DNA of 64,000 nucleotides from Oscillospiraceae bacterium (GTDB lineage Bacteria; Bacillota; Clostridia; Oscillospirales; Ruminococcaceae): NCBI GenBank assembly GCA_009778115.1, contig WRKL01000001.1, positions 1 to 64,000 of the forward strand, read 5' to 3'. Shown piece by piece: positions 59,438 to 64,000 of this stretch (position 1 is its first letter; each line of letters starts with the position of its first letter). The notes under the pieces were generated by a model. It saw only the letters and a program-made list of their open reading frames with translations, ran no database searches and was not told where the DNA came from. The position numbers and the translations under genes were made by a program.

Positions 59438-59813
59438 TATTTTCATCCTCCCTTTTCGTTTCTTTTGTTTCTTTCGGTTCTTTTTTCGATTTTTGTTTCG
59501 CTGATTCAATCGCATCTATCCGTACCAATGAATACGGCTGTCTGTGTCCTTTGGTCCGTTTGTAGTTTTTTCTGCGCTTGTAGGTAAATACCGTTATCTT
59601 TTTTCCTCTTCCGTTTTTCAGCACCCGCGCTTTAACTTCCGCTCCCTTGATAAAGGGTGTTCCCGCTTCTAATCCGTTTTCTCCGGCAAGCACTGAAACT
59701 TTGTCAAAAACAACATCGGTTTCCTTTTCTGCATCCAGCTTTTCGATGAACACTTCATCGCCCACACGCACTTGATACTGTTTTCCGCCGGTTTCAATAA
59801 CCGCGTAGTTCAT
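59427..59813 (-). CDS. rplU: 50S ribosomal protein L21, with a Lys/Glu-rich C-terminal tail
   Basis: [21 protein letters not shown] is the canonical L21 N-terminus. It overlaps rpmA by 11 nt. Confidence 0.85.
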
Positions 59814-59954
59814 TTTACATATTCCTTCTTTCAAATTAGGGCTCGCAATAAAAAGGTGACATAAGTCCGATTAGAAACCGAACCGACATTCTTAACTTTT
59901 TTAGTTTACACAAAGCAAATTCTAAAAAATCATACCTTTTATTAGCGGCGAAAA

Positions 59955-59996
59955 TTATGATACCACACTTTTTTTAGTTTGTCAACGAAAAATTTG
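59955..59996 (-). promoter_or_regulatory. Putative sigma-A promoter for rplU-rpmA-obg, followed by a ~140-nt leader
   Basis: The minus strand reads TTGACAAACTAAAAAAAGTGTGGTATCATAAT. This gives a -35 TTGACA, a 17-nt spacer, and an extended -10 TGGTATCAT. Confidence 0.4.
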
Positions 59997-60292
59997 CAAA
60001 TCAATCCGTCGTGAGCAATTTGTAGAATGAATTGCCCGGAAGATGTTTTTGAATAATTTCGTTTGCTCATTCAAGCCCGTCAAATAAAGGGGTTTTTGAA
60101 GCGGCAAAAAACCAATCGTCCCCAAAAACACAGAGAAAAGCACCCCCTGATGTGGTATACTGTTTTTGTTATGAAAACAAACCGAAAGGGCGGGCTTTAT
60201 TTCTATCATTGTATCACAAATTAATCTGTTTGACTATAGCGAAATTGAAAAATTAGGCGATCTCGAAAGATTAGATTTGGCTTTCGACAGAA

Positions 60293-60454
60293 TAGACCTC
60301 CTCGAAAACCACTTCGCGACGTATGAACGGAAGATTTCCCGTCACGCGGTGTTAATTTATCCTCAAATATCCATGATATTCTCGTCAAAATTGCCTTGTT
60401 TGACGAAAAATCATCTGTGTTCATACATCACGTTTTAATTTCCGAGGAGGTCTA
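60293..60454. mobile_element. Copy E of the MITE-like repeat (reverse orientation). It directly abuts an IS transposase fragment.
   Basis: It has the same TIRs (TAGACCTCCTCG / CGAGGAGGTCTA). Confidence 0.8.
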
Positions 60455-60455
60455 A

Positions 60456-60950
60456 TAAACGACGAAAGTCTCATGCAAAAACTTGAAGCAAAACGCGGAA
60501 ATGGCCGTGACGGCTATCCCGTTCGGGTGATGATGTTGAAACCGCCCCCCAGTGGCGTATTCTGTGACAGCAGCTAATGCTGATGAGAAAAAAGAGATGA
60601 TAAAGCTCTTGGAATCGCCATTATTGTCCAACGAAGAACGCCGTAAAATAGTGGAATATCTGCTGCTTGACCGTGGATATGACAGTACCGATATGATAAG
60701 ATCCGTGAAGAAGGCAGGGATTATCCCGGTGACAGTCTTAAATTCAAGCGGATTTACAAAGGCAGAACGGCAGTTGAGCGTCTGAACGGCAGGCTTGACA
60801 GGGATTATATGTTCGAGGATCACTGTATCCGGGGACTCAAAAAGATGACATTGATGCTCGGATTGTCGATGATAATTATGAACGAAATGGCTGTTGGGAA
60901 ACTTAAAAACGGCAAAGAGAAAATCAAGTCGCTGAAAAATACCGCTTGAC
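60456..60950 (+). pseudogene. 5'-truncated, frameshifted IS4/IS5-family (DDE_Tnp_1) transposase remnant
   Basis: Frame A reads ...LLLDRGYDSTDMIRSVKKAGIIPV. The frame switches near 60785. Frame B reads KRIYKGRTAVERLNGRLDRDYMFEDHCIRGLKKMTLMLGLSMIIMN... then a stop. These are typical C-terminal DDE transposase blocks. The antisense 217-aa ORF 60452-61105 is probably spurious. Confidence 0.6.
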
Positions 60951-61287
60951 AAGATTTTAATAAAATATCGCAAAAATAACCGCAAGCGGTCTGTTAAAGT
61001 TGCCGCAAAAACAATTCGTTGCCATTTGTTTCCATTGTTGCGCCGGTGTGCCCGGTTTTCCAAGCAGTGTTTGATGATATGGCGGGGGCAAACGAAATTA
61101 TTCAAACTTACAATAACTTGACACGGACCTCATTTTTTTACCCAAAGTGGGTCATATCATTTGACAACGCAGATTTTACACTAAGCATCTTTGTCGAAAG
61201 GGGTTGTATCGTGGATAATTTTGTGTTATAATTATTAAACCAAGTCGGCGAATCAAATTTTTATTAATGAAGGAATAAAAGTGTAAT

Positions 61288-63102
61288 ATGAGTAAATATG
61301 TTGAAACACTTACAAATATGGGAAGACCTGAATCAGAAATTGAATCTTATCAAAAAAAGACTGCCGAAAGACCATCATCGTTTTTTAGATTTCGTCCTAT
61401 TAACATTGGCAATCTTCCTTGTAGACTCACAGAGATGGAAGGTCAACTTTTTTTACAACCGCATAAAAAACTAAATGATGTTTTAGATCTAACTATTTTT
61501 GACAAGTCCATTACTGATTTCGATGATATGGGGAACGAATTGATTGAAGTGTTAGGAGACCAGTATTTTGATGAAGCAACTCGAAAGCTAACGCCTACCG
61601 AAATATCTCGTGTTAGGGTTGCTGAAAATAAAATGAAAACCTTAAAAGTAATTCTGAGAGAAAAATACGGCGAAGATTTTGTACGAATTTTTGATAAAGA
61701 AATTGCACAAGCTTACGATGACAGCTTGAAAAGGGGGATCAAAATTTGGGAGAGAATTCGAACAGCTTGCTTTGGTGTAGAACTTATCAACTTCCCTATG
61801 TGGCATTTCTATGCAAGCGATTATAGCGGTATTTGTTTGGAATACGCAGAAGAAGACATCCCTATGTTGGAACCTGTAATTTATACCGATGACTTACCCG
61901 AACATAAAAATGTGATTATGTCTATATTAAAAACAGGAAAAATTTTCGCTATAAAAGAGTTTTGTGAAGTATGCTGTCTTCACAAAATCACACAATGGAA
62001 ATATGAAGATGAATGGAGATTATTGGATGCCGAGATTGATGAACGTTTTGGGGAAGTACCGGAACCTCCTCTTGATATTCAACAGAAAATAGAGAAATAT
62101 ATTGAGCAAAAGCTTGACGAAAACCCCGACTTTGATGTCAGCGATATAGCAATCGAAGATATGACCGCACTCTATTCTGATGAAAATTATAACGAAAAAA
62201 TGAACAACCGATTATTGAACATAGAAGACAGCAAAGACACCGATACCGAGATTAAAGGTAGGCTTTTTTATGATCCTAATGGGGATAATAATGTTGAATA
62301 TATAAATGATGATAGTATAAAATGCAAATACACGCCGATAAAGCCTATCAGGGTATATTTAGGGCATAAATTGGATCAACGGATCATTGATAACTTAGAA
62401 AAACCAAAGGATTCAAAAAATTTAACTAAAATCAGAAACGACATCATTGCTGCTGCTAAGGATAATGGAATAGAAATTCTACAAATGCGCCCCACCAAAC
62501 AAGGATATTCTCCATTTACCCTTGACGAAATAGCATTACAAGACCGCCTCGAAGAATTAAAAGAAAAGAAAAAACAAATTTTGGATAAAAGCAATAAAGA
62601 TGAATATGATGAGCATATGCTTTCTTTATGCAACGAAGCGTTATATATTTCAGAAACTGATGCTCAAATATTCAATTATCGAGGTTGTGTTTTTGCTCGA
62701 ATGAAAAAACTTGATTGTGCCAAGAATGATTTTGAAAAAGCTGTTGAGATTGATCCCAATGATTATCTTTATCGCGGAAATTTAGCTTGTACTCTTTGCG
62801 ATATAGCAGCGGATAGCGGAAACAATTCACTGTTTGTTGGCGCAATTGAAGAAGCGAGGGTATCTCTAAAAAACTTTTTTTCTTATAGTAATGGCTATAT
62901 AACTATTGCAAGAGCATATGCGCATATGGGTCAGATTGAAAATTCTGTGAAAACGCTTGAGGACGGTCTAAAAATCTGTGATAGAGAGTATTTTCTCAAT
63001 AAACTGAAAAACTCAGAGGGAATCAAAAATCTATTGCAGAATAGCTTGGCGTTCAAAAATGCCTTTAATGCAAAATTCCCAAACTTTTCTGCTATAATGT
63101 AA
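61288..63102 (+). CDS. Hypothetical 604-aa protein with C-terminal TPR-like repeats, in a visibly AT-rich segment
   Basis: The N-terminal ~330 aa has no recognised domain. It is followed by an acidic linker and TPR-like helices (YRGCVFARMKKLDCAKNDFEKAVEIDPNDYLYRGNLA...). Local base composition is clearly AT-richer than the flanks. Confidence 0.5.
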   Translation: MSKYVETLTNMGRPESEIESYQKKTAERPSSFFRFRPINIGNLPCRLTEMEGQLFLQPHKKLNDVLDLTIFDKSITDFDDMGNELIEVLGDQYFDEATRKLTPTEISRVRVAENKMKTLKVILREKYGEDFVRIFDKEIAQAYDDSLKRGIKIWERIRTACFGVELINFPMWHFYASDYSGICLEYAEEDIPMLEPVIYTDDLPEHKNVIMSILKTGKIFAIKEFCEVCCLHKITQWKYEDEWRLLDAEIDERFGEVPEPPLDIQQKIEKYIEQKLDENPDFDVSDIAIEDMTALYSDENYNEKMNNRLLNIEDSKDTDTEIKGRLFYDPNGDNNVEYINDDSIKCKYTPIKPIRVYLGHKLDQRIIDNLEKPKDSKNLTKIRNDIIAAAKDNGIEILQMRPTKQGYSPFTLDEIALQDRLEELKEKKKQILDKSNKDEYDEHMLSLCNEALYISETDAQIFNYRGCVFARMKKLDCAKNDFEKAVEIDPNDYLYRGNLACTLCDIAADSGNNSLFVGAIEEARVSLKNFFSYSNGYITIARAYAHMGQIENSVKTLEDGLKICDREYFLNKLKNSEGIKNLLQNSLAFKNAFNAKFPNFSAIM

Positions 63103-63141
63103 ACTAAGGAAAGTTATGCTCGAATTAACAGCAGTGAACTA

Positions 63142-63507
63142 ATGCAAATTACAGATTTCCACGCTACATACTACTCATATCTTCTAACACGGCAAGCCCC
63201 AAGCGACAGCGTGGAATCACTTGCCGCCACATTGCAAGACAGCCGTGTTGACCTCAGCCCGCACCAAATCGAAGCGGCATTGTTCGCCTTACATTCGCCA
63301 TTTTGCCGCGGCGTGATTGAAACCGACGAGGTCGGGTTGGGCAAAACAATCGTTGCAGGAATTGTTGTCGCACAAAAATGGGCGGAGTTGAAACAACGGG
63401 TATTGATTATCTTTCCGGCACATTTACGCCGTCAATGGCAGCTCGAACTGGAAAAAAATTTTATTTGCCGTCTGTTATCATGGGCAGAGATACTTTCAAA
63501 TACTTAA
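63142..63507 (+). pseudogene. N-terminal stump (121 aa) of an SNF2/RapA-like superfamily 2 helicase
   Basis: LSPHQIEAALFAL...DEVGLGKTIVAG is the SNF2 motif I/Ia (Walker A). The ORF stops after ~120 aa, and no continuation appears in any frame. Confidence 0.55.
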
Positions 63508-63689
63508 AAATTCCCCGGCTAATATGAGTTTAGCGCATAAAAAGATATTATTTCAGCAGCTTAGCAGAATTACTTAGCAGACACTAAAATCTTGCTTTTT
63601 ATGGCCGAAAATCTGCTAAGCAGGCAGGGTTCTAAATGAGGATGGCTGAGAACAAAAAATTAGCAGATCCAGCTAATGCTTAGCAGAAA

Positions 63690-63735
63690 AAACGATGCGG
63701 GTTTGAATTTCGTAAGCCCCAAACCCGCACAGGCA
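63690..63735 (-). terminator. Rho-independent terminator downstream of tRNA-Lys
   Basis: The minus strand reads GTGCGGGTTTGGGGCTTACGAAATTCAAACCCGCATCGTTTTTT. This gives a 9-bp stem GCGGGTTTG/CAAACCCGC followed by T6. Confidence 0.55.
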
Positions 63736-63745
63736 CTGAGTTTCT

Positions 63746-63822
63746 TGGTGACCCGCCCGCGACTCGAACGCGGGACACCCTGCTTAAAAGGCAGGTGCTC
63801 TGCCGACTGAGCTAGCGGGTCA
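63746..63822 (-). tRNA. tRNA-Lys (anticodon UUU), 76 nt with an encoded CCA
   Basis: The minus strand reads GACCCGCTAGCTCAGTCGGCAGAGCACCTGCCTTTTAAGCAGGGTGTCCCGCGTTCGAGTCGCGGGCGGGTCACCA. The acceptor stem is 7 bp. The anticodon stem is CCTGC/GCAGG with the loop CTTTTAA. The T-loop is GTTCGAGTC. Confidence 0.85.
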
Positions 63823-64000
63823 TAAAACCATAATTCTTTGCAACATCCCATATTATATCCAACAACAAAGGTTTTGTCAACTGTAATTTTTAAAGAAAAT
63901 TTTTGAGTAAAATTTTGCGGTTCGTAAAAATCAATAAAAGAGTGACAATTCCGGGTAAAAAATATTTTAATAAAGAATATTTTAAAATTAAAACTTTATT

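Noticed and set aside
7544-60241. 14-bp identity CTGTTTGACTATAG near two repeat copies (7544 and 60228)
   Set aside because: The flanks are unrelated. A 14-mer coincidence is expected several times by chance in 64 kb on two strands.
60452-61105. 217-aa minus-strand ORF
   Set aside because: It is antisense to recognisable transposase-homologous sequence and runs into the AT-rich region. It has no RBS or domain and is most likely spurious.

Overview
The window looks like a 64-kb chromosomal segment from a spore-forming Firmicute (Clostridia-like), roughly 45-50% GC by eye. SpoIIR, a SpoVE/FtsW-like SEDS protein, Ald, Obg, a CtpB-like protease and Mini-III are all present. Most of the window is densely packed core genes: secDF and yajC; ftsEX with an M23 peptidase, ctpA, greA and lysS; obg, rpmA and rplU; truA and trmFO; pgi; glgP; a parE/parC-like type II topoisomerase pair; ald; and trmK, nif3 and thiD.

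Accessory content sits in three places:
(1) The left end (1-2960) holds a sortase-dependent pilus/adhesin locus: the tail of an LPXTG-type protein, a class B sortase, an isopeptide-domain pilin with a PVTG sorting signal, and a second class B sortase.
(2) At 50-57 kb there is a surface-protein and chemosensory block: an LRR/Big_2 protein with a DnaJ-like zinc finger, an FN3-M15 peptidase, a REC-HD-GYP regulator and an MCP.
(3) At 60.3-63.8 kb there is a decayed island next to tRNA-Lys(UUU): an IS4/IS5-like transposase fragment, an AT-rich TPR gene, and the N-terminal stump of an SNF2 helicase.

The most striking unannotated signal is a ~162-bp repeated element. It has 12-bp perfect terminal inverted repeats (TAGACCTCCTCG / CGAGGAGGTCTA), an internal 10-bp hairpin, and TA flanks. 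Four full copies and one truncated copy occur in both orientations, which makes it Correia/MITE-like. One copy supplies the last codons and the stop of trmFO.

Coordinates that were counted by hand may be off by 1-2 nt.
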